Positions 17,276 through 27,499 are shown, numbered from the stretch's first letter. The stretch: DNA of 64,000 nt from Planctomycetota bacterium (GCA_965223545.1 OZ245006.1:3296001-3360000); one strand, 5' to 3'. Numbers and translations: made by a program. The notes: generated from the sequence alone by a model not told the origin.

Positions 17276-19600
17276 TCAGTTGCCTCCCGCCGCGCCGACC
17301 TCGGTCGCGCGCTCGTTGTTGCCCAGGCGTTGTAGGTAGCCGATCAGGGCGACCAGCTCGCTGTCTTGCTCGGCCGGCAGCCCGAAGGTCGAGAGCTCGG
17401 CGACGATCGCACTGGCCTGCTCGCGAAACTCGGTCTCGGCGGCGTCGATGTCAGCGTCGGTGTAGGGCACGCCGAGCGCGCGCATCGACTTGAGCTTGAA
17501 CGGCGTCAGGCTCAGGTCGACGCGATCGTCCAGCAGCCAGGGATAGGCCGGCATGTTGGAGCCGATCGATACCTCGCGGGGATCGATCATGTGCCGGTAG
17601 TGCCACGCGTGGTTCGACTTGCCGCCGACGCGCGCCAGGTCCGGCCCGGTCCGCTTGCTGCCCCACTGGAACGGATGGTCCCACATCGACTCCTCGATGC
17701 GACTGGGCTCGCCGTAGCGCTGCCACTCGGCGCGGAACGGCCGGATCATCTGCGAGTGACAGGTGTAGCAGCCCTCGCGCACGTAGATGTCCCGACCTTC
17801 GAGCTCGAGCGGTGTGTAGGGCGCGACGGCGTAGTCGCCGGCCGCGGTCATCGGCACCTTCTTCTCGAGCACGATCCCGGGCAACAGCTCGACCAGACCA
17901 CCGGCGAGCACCGCCAGCGCAACCAGCAGCGAGAACGCCAACGGCCGGCGCTCGATCGTGTCGTGCCAGCTGAAGCGGCCTCCCGCGGCCGCCCGCGCGA
18001 GACCCCCAGCGGCCAACACACAGACCAGCGCCAACACGCCCAAGCCCACCGGCGCGGCGGTCGGCGACGCCATCAGAAAGAAGCCGATGAAGCCGACACA
18101 GGTCAAGACGAACGGCGTGCCGAACACCAGCCCGGCCGTGCTCGGACCACCGGTCTCGGGCACCAGCACCGTGACCTCGGCCTTGCCATCGACCTTCGCG
18201 CCCGCGGCGATCGTGCGCCACAGGTTCACGATCATCAGCAGCCAACCGACGATGAACAGACCACCGCCCAAGCTGCGGAACCAGTACGGCAGCTGCACCG
18301 CGGTGGTGATCTTGACCCACTCGGGATACTGCAGCGCGCCGTCGGCAGTCTGCGCACCCTGCATCAAGCCACTGGTCACGCCGGCGACCCACATCGATCC
18401 GACGTAGAACAGGATGCCGAAGATGGCGATCCAGAAGTGCCAGTCGGCCAGCGCCTTGGAGTGCAGCTTGGTGCCGTACAGCCGTGGCACCAGCCAATAG
18501 AACATGCCGGCGGCCATCAGGCCGTTCCAGCCGAGCGCACCCGAGTGCACGTGGCCGATGATCCAATCGGTGTAGTGGCCGAGCGCGTTGACGGCCTTGA
18601 CCGACAGCAGTGGCCCCTCGAACGTCGCCATGCCGTAGAAGGTGACGCCGGCGACGAAGAACTTGAGCACGGGGTCGGTGCGCACCTTGTGCCACGCACC
18701 GCGCAGCGTGAGCAGGCCGTTGAGCATTCCGCCCCACGACGGCGCCCACAGCATCAGGCTGAACAGCATGCCCAGAGACTGCGCCCAGTCGGGCAGCGCG
18801 GTGTAGAGCAGATGGTGCGGCCCCGCCCAGATGTAGAGAAACACCAGCGCCCAGAAGTGGACGATCGACAGGCGATAGCTGTAGACCGGCCGCCCTGCCG
18901 CCTTGGGCAGGAAGTAGTACATGATGCCGAGAATCGGCGTGGTCAAGAAGAACGCGACCGCGTTGTGCCCGTACCACCACTGCGTCAGCGCGTCCTGTGC
19001 GCCGGCGAAGATCCCGTAGCTCTTGGTCCCGGTCAGGGGCAGGGCCAAGTTGTTGACCACGTACAGGATCGCAATGGTCAGAATCGTCGAGATGTAGAAC
19101 CACAGAGCGACGTACAGGTTCTTCTCGTTGCGCTTCTTCAGCGTCCAGAAGAAGTTGACGCCGAACAGCACCCAGACCACCGCGACCGCCAGGTCGAGGA
19201 ACCACTCGAGCTCGGCGTACTCCTTCGACTGGGTGATGCCGAGCGGCAGGGTGATCGCCGCGCCCAGGATGATCAGCTGCCAGCCCCAGAGGTGGATCTT
19301 GGACAGCAGATCGGACGCCATCCGCGCCTTCAGCAATCGCTGGGTCGAGTAGTAGATGCCGGCGAACATCATGTTGCCGACCAGCGCGAAGATGACCGCG
19401 TTGGTGTGCAGCGGCCGGATCCGCCCGAACGTCAACCACGGCAACTCGAAGTTGAACCACGCCGAGCTCAGCTGCAGGGCGGCCAACAGACCGACCAACA
19501 TGCCGATGAGCCCCCACGCGATCGACCAGAAGATGAAGCCGCGCGTGACCCCGTCGTCGTAGACGATCTGGCGGGTCTCGAGTGTGTTTCCGGTGGACAT
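17276..19600 (-). CDS. ccoN: Fused cbb3 oxidase subunits I and II (CcoN-CcoO)
   Basis: GRIRPLHTNAVIF, QWWYGHNAVAF, WAGPHHL, HVHSGALGW, then YVREGCYTCHSQMIRP and WGSKRTGPDLAR in one frame. Confidence 0.96.
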   Translation of the reverse strand: MSTGNTLETRQIVYDDGVTRGFIFWSIAWGLIGMLVGLLAALQLSSAWFNFELPWLTFGRIRPLHTNAVIFALVGNMMFAGIYYSTQRLLKARMASDLLSKIHLWGWQLIILGAAITLPLGITQSKEYAELEWFLDLAVAVVWVLFGVNFFWTLKKRNEKNLYVALWFYISTILTIAILYVVNNLALPLTGTKSYGIFAGAQDALTQWWYGHNAVAFFLTTPILGIMYYFLPKAAGRPVYSYRLSIVHFWALVFLYIWAGPHHLLYTALPDWAQSLGMLFSLMLWAPSWGGMLNGLLTLRGAWHKVRTDPVLKFFVAGVTFYGMATFEGPLLSVKAVNALGHYTDWIIGHVHSGALGWNGLMAAGMFYWLVPRLYGTKLHSKALADWHFWIAIFGILFYVGSMWVAGVTSGLMQGAQTADGALQYPEWVKITTAVQLPYWFRSLGGGLFIVGWLLMIVNLWRTIAAGAKVDGKAEVTVLVPETGGPSTAGLVFGTPFVLTCVGFIGFFLMASPTAAPVGLGVLALVCVLAAGGLARAAAGGRFSWHDTIERRPLAFSLLVALAVLAGGLVELLPGIVLEKKVPMTAAGDYAVAPYTPLELEGRDIYVREGCYTCHSQMIRPFRAEWQRYGEPSRIEESMWDHPFQWGSKRTGPDLARVGGKSNHAWHYRHMIDPREVSIGSNMPAYPWLLDDRVDLSLTPFKLKSMRALGVPYTDADIDAAETEFREQASAIVAELSTFGLPAEQDSELVALIGYLQRLGNNERATEVGAAGGN

Positions 19601-19636
19601 CGGAAACCGAACGCGCCCGTCAGGGATTTCTTTCGA

Positions 19637-19804
19637 TCACTTTCGCGGTTGGCTCGACTGCTCCGGATCGTCGTCCTCGAGGGGCAACAGGGTCAGCCGA
19701 TCGGCGTGCTCGTGATCGCGCTGGCGCACGCTGAAGACGAACAGCAGGACACCGCAAGCGGCCAGAAACAGGCTGCAGAGCACCAAGAGCGGGACGACGT
19801 TCAT
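19637..19804 (-). CDS. ccoS: cbb3 oxidase maturation protein CcoS
   Basis: MNVVPLLVLCSLFLAACGVLLFVFSVRQRDHEHADRLTLLPLEDD; ATGA overlap with the ccoI stop. Confidence 0.8.
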   Translation of the reverse strand: MNVVPLLVLCSLFLAACGVLLFVFSVRQRDHEHADRLTLLPLEDDDPEQSSQPRK

Positions 19805-22218
19805 GTTTCGCTCGACTCTGATGTAGACGGCGACGGCGACGGACCCGCCAGCCGCGCCGCGGTGTGCGCGAGGAGTCCTACCGAGCTGAGCGGCATCAGC
19901 ACGGCGCAAAGCAACGGCGTCATCACGCCGGCGAACGCGAGGCTCAGGGCGAGCACGTTGTAGACCACGGCCAAGCCGAGGTTGGTGGTCACCACGCGGT
20001 GCAGCCGCCTGCTCGCGTCGAGGACCCCGGTGACGGCGTGGGCACCGCCACCGGCGTAGAAGAAGTCGGCCTTGGACGGCAGCACGGGTCGGTCGATCGC
20101 GGGCGTTCCGGCACAGAAGGCGGCCGCGAACGCGGGCGCATCGTTGAGGCCATCGCCGACCATCAGAGTGTCGTCGCGGTCCAGCGACCGCACGCACTCG
20201 GCCTTCTGCTCGGGCGAAAGGCCACCCCGCGCGCGGTCCTCGGGTACGCCCAGCACGCGCGCGACCCGGTCGACCTTGTTCGGCCGATCGCCGCTCAGCA
20301 ACCAGACGTCGACGCCATGCGCACGCAGGGCGGCGATCTCATCGACATAGCCCTCGCGCAGATCCTCATCCACCTGGAAGCAGGCTTCGACGTGGCCGTC
20401 GCAGGCCAGCAACAACAGATCGTCGGCGACGCCGCGCGCGGCGTCGCCGAGGACGAACGCGCGAGACCCCAACCGACACTCCCGCCCGTCGTGACGGGCG
20501 AGCAGACCACCGCCGGGATGGGTTTCGACGACGAGCTCCTCGAGCAGCCGAGCCGGCCCGGATGCCGCCAGCGTGCGCGCCAACGCGCGGCTGACCGGGT
20601 GGCTGCTGGCATTCACCATGGTCCACAACACGTCGCGAAAGGCGCTCGGCACCGGCCGCAGCTCGACCACGGCCACGCCTCCCCAGGTCAGCGTGCCGGT
20701 CTTGTCGAACAGCGCCTTGCGCACGTGGCGCGCCTTGTCCAGCAGCGCCGCGTTGCGCACGAAGATGCCGGCGCACCGCAGCCGCACCACGGCGAGGTCG
20801 AAGGCCAACGGGATCGCCAAGCCGAGTGCGCAAGGACACGTCACGACCAATACCGCGGTGGTGACCGCGACGATGCGCGACGGGTCCAGCCACCACCAGA
20901 GCACTGCCGCCGCGGTCGCCGCCACCAGGACCGCGGCGACGTAGACCTGGTTGAGGCGGGCCCAGAACCGATCACGGCCGCGCACCTCGCCATCGCCGGT
21001 CGCGCCGGGCGTCAACAGCTCCAGCAAGCCCGAGTCTGCCGCGGTGGCCTCGACCACGACGCGCACCGCGTGCCGGTCCGCGCAGAACGCGCCCGCCGGC
21101 AGCGGCGCCCCTTCGACGAAGCACACCGGCTCCGACTCACCGCGGATCCAGTCGAGCGAGAACTCCGCCCGCTCGGTGAGCAATCGGGCGCGCACCGGCA
21201 GCAGATCGCCGGGCGCGAGCTGCAGGACATCGCCGGGCGCAAGCTCGGTGACGGCAACCACCTCGAGCGCACCACCGCGCAGCCGGCGGCCTCGCAAGTG
21301 GTCCGCGCCGTCGTTGGCCAGCAGATAGTCGCGGTTGCGGCGCACTGCCCTGGTCTGCACGTAGCGCCCGGCCAACATGAGCGCGACGAACACGGTGACG
21401 GTATCCAGATAGCCGGTCTCGGCACCGGCGATCACCCCCGCCGCCGAGCTGCCGAAAGCCAGCGCGATGCCCAGCGAGATCGGCAGATCGAGATGCAGCA
21501 CGCGGTGGCGCACCCCGGCGAGCGCTCCGCGGAAGAACACGGGGCCCCCGACCGCGACGGCGACGGCCGCCAACCCCAGCGACAGCCAGCGAAACAGGGG
21601 ATACACGGCACCGTCCGCTGCAGTCATCCCGGTGTAGCCCGCCAGCGCGAACATCATCGCGTTGAGCGCCAGCGCTACACAGATGCCGAGCCGCAGCAGC
21701 AGCCCGTGCTCTTCGCCCGCATCGCTCTTGCTGGCCGGAGCGAACCGGTAGCCGAGGTGCTCGGCGGCATCCAAGTACTCGCCCAGCACCAGACGTTCCG
21801 GATCGTAGGACAGCACGGCGCGGCCCAGCGCCGGGTTGATCTCGATGGCATGCCCGCCGTCACGGTCGCGCCACAAGCGCTGCAGCAGCCACACGCACGC
21901 GCCGCAGTGAATGCCCTGCACATCGAGCGCCAGCCGCACCTGGCCACCGGCGAGGCGACCCGCAACCTCGAGCTCGGTGAGCCATTCCCGTGCGGCCGGG
22001 CGGGGGACCGCGCCCACCGGCTGCCCCCGGCCGCCGCCGAGCTCGTAGAAGCGCTGCAGCCCCTGCCCCGCGAGCATGCGGTGCACCGCAGCGCAACCCG
22101 CGCAGCAGAACCGGGGGTCCCGCATCCCAGCGGGCACCGGCAGGCCACAATGCAGGCACTCGGCTGAAATCCCGCGCGTCGCGGAGGGTTGGTCGTGGAC
22201 GAGCGGCAACGCTCCCAT
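19801..22218 (-). CDS. ccoI: Cu-transporting P1B-type ATPase CcoI/FixI
   Basis: CLHCG...FCCAGC, HCGAC, TCPCALGLA, DKTGTLT, HP, GDGLNDAP. The start position is uncertain. Confidence 0.9.
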   Translation of the reverse strand: MGALPLVHDQPSATRGISAECLHCGLPVPAGMRDPRFCCAGCAAVHRMLAGQGLQRFYELGGGRGQPVGAVPRPAAREWLTELEVAGRLAGGQVRLALDVQGIHCGACVWLLQRLWRDRDGGHAIEINPALGRAVLSYDPERLVLGEYLDAAEHLGYRFAPASKSDAGEEHGLLLRLGICVALALNAMMFALAGYTGMTAADGAVYPLFRWLSLGLAAVAVAVGGPVFFRGALAGVRHRVLHLDLPISLGIALAFGSSAAGVIAGAETGYLDTVTVFVALMLAGRYVQTRAVRRNRDYLLANDGADHLRGRRLRGGALEVVAVTELAPGDVLQLAPGDLLPVRARLLTERAEFSLDWIRGESEPVCFVEGAPLPAGAFCADRHAVRVVVEATAADSGLLELLTPGATGDGEVRGRDRFWARLNQVYVAAVLVAATAAAVLWWWLDPSRIVAVTTAVLVVTCPCALGLAIPLAFDLAVVRLRCAGIFVRNAALLDKARHVRKALFDKTGTLTWGGVAVVELRPVPSAFRDVLWTMVNASSHPVSRALARTLAASGPARLLEELVVETHPGGGLLARHDGRECRLGSRAFVLGDAARGVADDLLLLACDGHVEACFQVDEDLREGYVDEIAALRAHGVDVWLLSGDRPNKVDRVARVLGVPEDRARGGLSPEQKAECVRSLDRDDTLMVGDGLNDAPAFAAAFCAGTPAIDRPVLPSKADFFYAGGGAHAVTGVLDASRRLHRVVTTNLGLAVVYNVLALSLAFAGVMTPLLCAVLMPLSSVGLLAHTAARLAGPSPSPSTSESSET

Positions 22219-22228
22219 GCCCGAGGCA

Positions 22229-22894
22229 ATGCACGGTCTCCTCGATAGTTTCGTCTTCGGTGCCGCAAACAGCCTGCACTGCGCGGGGATGTGCGGGCCG
22301 ATCGCGGCGTGCACTCTCGGCGGCGGCGCACCGCGCACGGCCACGCTCGCCTACCACGGCGGGCGAATCGCCAGCTACACCCTGGCGGGCGCCGCGGCCG
22401 GCGCGGTGGGCGCGACCGTGGGCAGCGACCGGCTCGGCCACCCTTTTGCCTGGGTATCTGGCCTGCTCGGCGTGGTGCTGTTGGCGAGCGCGACGGGCTG
22501 GCCTCGCATCGGCTCCTGGACCCGGATCCCCGCGCTCGGCGGGATCCTCACCGGGGCGTCCCGGTGGGCGATGCAGCGGCCCCCGGTGCTGCGCGGCGGC
22601 GCGCTCGGCGCACTGACCCCGCTGCTGCCCTGCGGTCTGCTCTACGCGCTCTACCCGGCGGCCCTGCTCGCCGGCGACGCCGGCGGAGGCGCGGTGGTGA
22701 TGCTCGGCTTCGCCTGTGGCTCGCTGCCGGCCCTGTGGCTCGCGCAGGCCAACCTCGGCTGGCTGCAGCGGCGCTGGTCGCCGGCGGCCCGCGCGCGCCT
22801 GCACCGGGCGGTGCTATCGGCAGCCGGGGCGGTGCTGCTGTGGCGCGCGGCGATCACGTGGAGCGGCGGAGCTTGCTGCGGCGCGGCGCCGTGA
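22229..22894 (+). CDS. DsbD_2 / TauE-SafE-like membrane protein associated with cbb3 assembly
   Basis: SLHCAGMCGP, YHGGRIASY, LLPCGLLY, MLGFACGSLP. Alternative start at 22217. Confidence 0.85.
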   Translation: MHGLLDSFVFGAANSLHCAGMCGPIAACTLGGGAPRTATLAYHGGRIASYTLAGAAAGAVGATVGSDRLGHPFAWVSGLLGVVLLASATGWPRIGSWTRIPALGGILTGASRWAMQRPPVLRGGALGALTPLLPCGLLYALYPAALLAGDAGGGAVVMLGFACGSLPALWLAQANLGWLQRRWSPAARARLHRAVLSAAGAVLLWRAAITWSGGACCGAAP

Positions 22895-23048
22895 CGCGGA
22901 GTGCGTGTCTGCAAGCGCGCACGCTGTCGCAACAAAACGAGAAACTTCGGGGCCCTCGCGGGCGCTCCCATAGCGCACCCCCGGTGCTCGAAGACGGGGT
23001 TAGCAGCTACACTCGACGGGTCCGCATCGCGACCTCCTGCCCCATCGC

Positions 23049-25349
23049 ATGCAATCCGGCGCCTCCACAGAACAGCTGTTCGTCCGCTTCCGGGAAACGG
23101 GCGATCCCGACGCGTTCCGGTTGGTGTTCGAACGCACCGCCGAGGACCTCGTGCGCGTCGCGCAGCGCTGGACCAACGACCGAACACGCGTCGACGACCT
23201 GGTGCAGGACACCTACCTCACGGCGCTGCACAGCAGCGCTCGCTTCGATCCGAAGCAAGACCTGTCCCGCTGGCTCACCGCGATCCTGCGCAACACCGCG
23301 CGCAACGCGCACCGCTACACCAAGCGCCGCGAGACCGTGGGCGGCGAAGTGCTGCACGGCGTGCCGGCCCCGGCCCGACAGATGCCCACCGCGGAAGTCA
23401 GGGCGATCGTCGAGACCACGCTGCAGCAGCTGCCCGGACGCTACCGCGCCGTCTTGCACCCGTACTTGATCGAGGAGCTCTCCGCCAAGGAGATCGCGGC
23501 GCGGTTGGACTGCTCGCACAGCACGGTGCGCTCGCGCATTTCGCGCGGCTTGCACCGCTTGCGCGGCGCCCTGCCGCGCGGCTTGGCCAGCGTCGTGCTC
23601 GGCAGCATCTTGTTGCCTCGGCTGGTCGCCGAGCGCGGGACGGCACCGGCGGTGCCGCACGCCGCTGAACCCGGCGATCGAGCGGCGGCCGGAAGTCGGA
23701 GCCCGCGCAGGAGACCGACCGGCACCGCCCTCGTCGCCGGCGCCACCGTGCTGCTGTTGGCGTGGGGCGCCGTCCGGTACTGGTCGCCGGCACCCCGAGC
23801 GCCGCGCGAAACGCCCTTGGCCGGTGGCACCAGCGAAGACGAGACGCCGATGACCACAGCGGCTGCGACGCCACGTCGCGTCGAGCGCGCGGCAGCGACC
23901 ACCGACGACGACGCGCGGTGTCGTCTGACGGTGCGCATCGTCTCGCGCGCCACCGGCGCGCCGGTGGCGGGGGCACTCCTCGCCCTCCAACGGCAGTCCC
24001 GCGACACCACGGTGGGCGCGAGCTTGCAGCACTTCTTCTCGGCGATCACGGACGACGCCGGCGAAGCCGCGTTCCGCGTGCGGCCAGGCGCCTGGGGCGT
24101 GCGTTTCGGAGAGGCCAACGGCTCGCCGGTCTACGAGGTCGACCGCAACGCGACGGTCGAGGTCCCGGTCGACCGCGTGGTGACCTTGCGCGGCTCGGTG
24201 ACGACGCTCGAGGGCGCCATCGCCCGCGAGGCCCAGCTGTGGATCGGTGACCCGGAGCTCGGCTTCCAGCCCCCCCAGCTGGCAGCGGTGACGGACAACG
24301 CCGGCCGCTTCGAAGTCCGTCTGCCGGAGGCCTATCGCGCGTGCCTGTGGGCACGCGGCAAGCACCGGGGTTGTTCGGAGGCGGTCCGGCCGCGGCTGGC
24401 ACGGCGGGCGACGTGGGACGTCCGCTTCGTGCTGGCTCCGGCCAGCGGCGCGGTCCGCGGCGCCGTGTTCGACAGGAGCGCGCGGCCCGCTCCGGCGTGG
24501 GTCGGCCTGTATCCGGTCGGCGCGCACCAGCGCTCGACGCCCCCCCGGCTGGCGCGCGCCGAAGCCGGTGAGTTCCATTTCGACGCCCTCCCGGCGGGCG
24601 ATTACCTGCTCGCCGCCCTCGGATCCGACGACACCTCCGGCCAACGACGCGTGCGCATCGAAGCCGACCGCGTCGCCGGCGTGGATCTGCGCCTCGCGCC
24701 GGGCGCGACCGTGTCCGGCCGCATCGTGGATGCCGAAGGCAACCCGGTGCGCGCGCGGATCGCGGGCGGAATCAACTGCCCCAGCGAGCGCCGCGCGCCC
24801 GTCAACTTGCTGTGGCGGCTGGCGACCACCGCCGCGGACGGCAGCTTCACCCTGCCCAACCTGCCGGCCGGCGCGGTGCAAGTCAGCGCTACGGCCGTCG
24901 AGGACGGGGCTCCGCTGGCGCTGCTGCGCACGCATGTGTTCGACGGCAGCAGGATCCGCTGGCGCCCCCGCCCGTGGCGGCTGGGCGGCGAGCTCGATCG
25001 GCCGAGCACGCTGCAGCTGGCGTGGTCTTGGAGCTGGCAGCCCACGGTGCCGGCGACGGCGGAGCCCGACGCCGACCGCCACCGCGTGCAGGTGTTCGGT
25101 CAGCTGGCGGGCAATGGCCAAGCCGAAACCGGACGACTCCAAGTCCGGGTCGAGCCGACCGACACGCTACCCGGGCTGAACACCCACTGGGCCCCCGTGC
25201 GCAGCGGCACGTTCCAGTTCGACAGCCTACGCCGCGGTCGCTACCGGCTGTCCGTCGTGCGCGCGGGGACCGCCCCGCTCGGCGAACTCCATTCGGAGAT
25301 CGTCGAGCTGCGCGACCCGGTGCACGACCTGTCGATCGCGCTGCGCTGA
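23049..25349 (+). CDS. ECF sigma factor fused to a TM helix and carboxypeptidase-regulatory-like (Ig-like) repeats
   Basis: Sigma2 (DDLVQDTYL, WLTAILRN), sigma4 (EIAARLDCSHSTVRSRISRG), TM near aa 230-245, repeats TDDAGEA / TDNAGRF / VSGRIVDAEGNPV / ADGSFTL. Confidence 0.85.
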   Translation: MQSGASTEQLFVRFRETGDPDAFRLVFERTAEDLVRVAQRWTNDRTRVDDLVQDTYLTALHSSARFDPKQDLSRWLTAILRNTARNAHRYTKRRETVGGEVLHGVPAPARQMPTAEVRAIVETTLQQLPGRYRAVLHPYLIEELSAKEIAARLDCSHSTVRSRISRGLHRLRGALPRGLASVVLGSILLPRLVAERGTAPAVPHAAEPGDRAAAGSRSPRRRPTGTALVAGATVLLLAWGAVRYWSPAPRAPRETPLAGGTSEDETPMTTAAATPRRVERAAATTDDDARCRLTVRIVSRATGAPVAGALLALQRQSRDTTVGASLQHFFSAITDDAGEAAFRVRPGAWGVRFGEANGSPVYEVDRNATVEVPVDRVVTLRGSVTTLEGAIAREAQLWIGDPELGFQPPQLAAVTDNAGRFEVRLPEAYRACLWARGKHRGCSEAVRPRLARRATWDVRFVLAPASGAVRGAVFDRSARPAPAWVGLYPVGAHQRSTPPRLARAEAGEFHFDALPAGDYLLAALGSDDTSGQRRVRIEADRVAGVDLRLAPGATVSGRIVDAEGNPVRARIAGGINCPSERRAPVNLLWRLATTAADGSFTLPNLPAGAVQVSATAVEDGAPLALLRTHVFDGSRIRWRPRPWRLGGELDRPSTLQLAWSWSWQPTVPATAEPDADRHRVQVFGQLAGNGQAETGRLQVRVEPTDTLPGLNTHWAPVRSGTFQFDSLRRGRYRLSVVRAGTAPLGELHSEIVELRDPVHDLSIALR

Positions 25350-25361
25350 ATCAGGCGCAGC
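25340..25361. terminator. Possible bidirectional terminator hairpin between convergent genes
   Basis: GCTGCGC...GCGCAGC inverted repeat spanning the ECF stop codon; no U-tract. Confidence 0.3.
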
Positions 25362-25370
25362 TGTCGAGGG

Positions 25371-25814
25371 CTAGTCGGCTGGCTCGGCGCGCACGGTGAG
25401 CACCGGGCACGGTGCCTGACGCACCACTCGCTCGGTGGTGCTGCCGACCATGAAGTGGCGCAGACCCGTGTGGCCGTGCGTGCTCATCACGATCAGGTCG
25501 ATCTTGCGATCCGTCGCCGCGGCGCAGATCTCGTCCGCGGCGTTGCCTTGGAAAACCGCGGTCTCGACCTCGACCCCCTGCGGAAACTGCTGTTTGGCGG
25601 TCGCGAACCGCTCGTCGATGGCGTCCCGGTCCTCTTGTAACCGCGCGTCGATGACCTCCTGTGGCAGGCCGTAGCGCGCGTAGTTGAACGCGGGCTCGGC
25701 GACGTGCGCGAGCACGATCTTGGCGCCGAACTTCGCGGCCAGCGTGCCGGCGGCGCCGGTTGCCGCGGCTGCGCAATCGGAGAAGTCGGTGGGCACGAGA
25801 ATGGTCTGAAACAC
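25371..25814 (-). CDS. Universal stress protein (UspA family)
   Basis: FQTILVPTDFS...DLIVMSTHGHTG...GSTTERVVRQAPCPVLTV; GTG start preceded by AAAGGA. Confidence 0.93.
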   Translation of the reverse strand: MFQTILVPTDFSDCAAAATGAAGTLAAKFGAKIVLAHVAEPAFNYARYGLPQEVIDARLQEDRDAIDERFATAKQQFPQGVEVETAVFQGNAADEICAAATDRKIDLIVMSTHGHTGLRHFMVGSTTERVVRQAPCPVLTVRAEPAD

Positions 25815-25930
25815 GTCTGCCGTCCTTTCTGCACCGCCCGCGCAGGGACGGAATCCCAGCCACTGTACGGGTCTGCGTTCGAACAATCCCGGCGCACGGC
25901 CACGAATTTCTGTAGCCCGCGGTGGGTGCT

Positions 25931-26806
25931 ATGCTCCCCGCCGACTCTCGCATGCGAACGCTCGCCCCCGAAGTCCACGCCCGGCTGCGCTGGGTCACCG
26001 TCGAAGACCCATCGCTGGATCTCGGTCCGTTCCCCGATTTCCTGATGATCGGTCCGCAGCGCACCGGGACGACGTGGCTGCACGACAACCTGGCCAGCCA
26101 CCCGCAGCTGTGGCTGCCGCCGGCCAAGGAGCTGTACTACTTCAGCTCACTCGAGTTTCCGGGCACCTACCCGGCCTGGATGCCGCCGCGGTCGAGCGAC
26201 CTCGACTGGTACCTGGCGCACTTCCGGCCGACGGAGGAGCAACGGCGTGCGCGCGAGCAGCAGTGTCGCGAGCTGTGGGGCGAGCCGTTCGAGGGCACCG
26301 TGCGCGGTGAGGGCACCGCGTCCTACGCCGCCGGCCTGTCCGAGGCGGTGATCGACGACGTGCTCGCCCTCAACCCGGCACTGCGCGTGATCGTCCTGGT
26401 GCGCGACCCCGTGGACCGCGCCTGGTCGCACGCGAAGAAGGACCTGGCGCCCGCGGGCGCGTCGATGGCTGCAGTCGACGAGGACCGCATCGCGGAGTTC
26501 GTGCAGAGCTACTACCAGCTCGCGTGCGGGCGCTACTCGGCGTTCCTCCCGCTCTGGGAGCAGCGACTGCGGCCCGAGCACCTGCTGGTGGCGCCCTTCG
26601 CCGACGTCATCGAGCGCCCGCCGGAGTTGCTGATGCGGGTGATGGAGTTCGTCGGCGTGCGGGCCGAGCGCCGCTACGTGCGCGCCGCGGCACGCGAACA
26701 GATCAACCCGACGGCCAGCGCGGCGATGCCGCCGCGCATTCGCGGGCTGCTCGAGGAGCTGTTCGCGGACGAACGACAGTGGCTGGCCGGCCGCGGCTGG
26801 CTGTAG
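25931..26806 (+). CDS. Sulfotransferase family protein
   Basis: 5'-PSB motif IGPQRTGTTWL, KELYYF, 3'-PB motif RDPVDRAWSH. Confidence 0.88.
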   Translation: MLPADSRMRTLAPEVHARLRWVTVEDPSLDLGPFPDFLMIGPQRTGTTWLHDNLASHPQLWLPPAKELYYFSSLEFPGTYPAWMPPRSSDLDWYLAHFRPTEEQRRAREQQCRELWGEPFEGTVRGEGTASYAAGLSEAVIDDVLALNPALRVIVLVRDPVDRAWSHAKKDLAPAGASMAAVDEDRIAEFVQSYYQLACGRYSAFLPLWEQRLRPEHLLVAPFADVIERPPELLMRVMEFVGVRAERRYVRAAAREQINPTASAAMPPRIRGLLEELFADERQWLAGRGWL

Positions 26807-26809
26807 CCG

Positions 26810-27499
26810 ATGCCGGCAGCCCCACACCCCTGGCTTGGCGGCAACTACGCCCGGCTGCTCGCCTCGCTCTGCTTGGTCGGCGCGCTCTACCCACTGGTGG
26901 GCGAACGCCGCATCGGCCAGATCATCTGGACGGTCGCCTTCTGGTTGGTGCTGTACTTCGGTCAGTCCGCGGTCCTCGCCCATCCGCGGGCACGCGCGGC
27001 ACTCCGCGCCCTGGCGGTGCTGGCACTGGTCTCCGGCATCGCGATGATCAGCATCGCCGCCCCGGTCGAAGTGCTGGCACTCCCGTACGCGGCGGCCAAC
27101 ACCGCGTTTCTCCTGGCGACCACGTGCGTGATCCTCGCCGACGTCGTCGCCGGGCGACAGGTCGACGGCAACCGCATCGTCGGCGCGATCTGCGTGTATC
27201 TGCTGATCGGCATGACGTTCGGCTTCGCCTATCTGCTGCTCCACGCCGCGGGCGAACCGGTGGTCGCCGGGCTGGACCCGGCGCAGGCATCGTTCGCGGC
27301 GAGCTATCTGTACTTCAGCTTCTCGACGCTGACGACGCTCGGCTACGGCGACCTGGCCCCGGAGGGACGATTCGCGCAGCTGCTGGCGCCGACCGAAGCG
27401 GTGATCGGCCAGATCTACTTGACGATCCTGGTCGCGCGCTTGGTCGGCCTGCACATCTCGCAACAGCCGGCCGCGCCGCGCAGGCCCGACGAACCCTGA
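26810..27499 (+). CDS. Potassium channel family membrane protein
   Basis: Selectivity filter YFSFSTLTTLGYGD with flanking TM helices. Confidence 0.88.
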   Translation: MPAAPHPWLGGNYARLLASLCLVGALYPLVGERRIGQIIWTVAFWLVLYFGQSAVLAHPRARAALRALAVLALVSGIAMISIAAPVEVLALPYAAANTAFLLATTCVILADVVAGRQVDGNRIVGAICVYLLIGMTFGFAYLLLHAAGEPVVAGLDPAQASFAASYLYFSFSTLTTLGYGDLAPEGRFAQLLAPTEAVIGQIYLTILVARLVGLHISQQPAAPRRPDEP

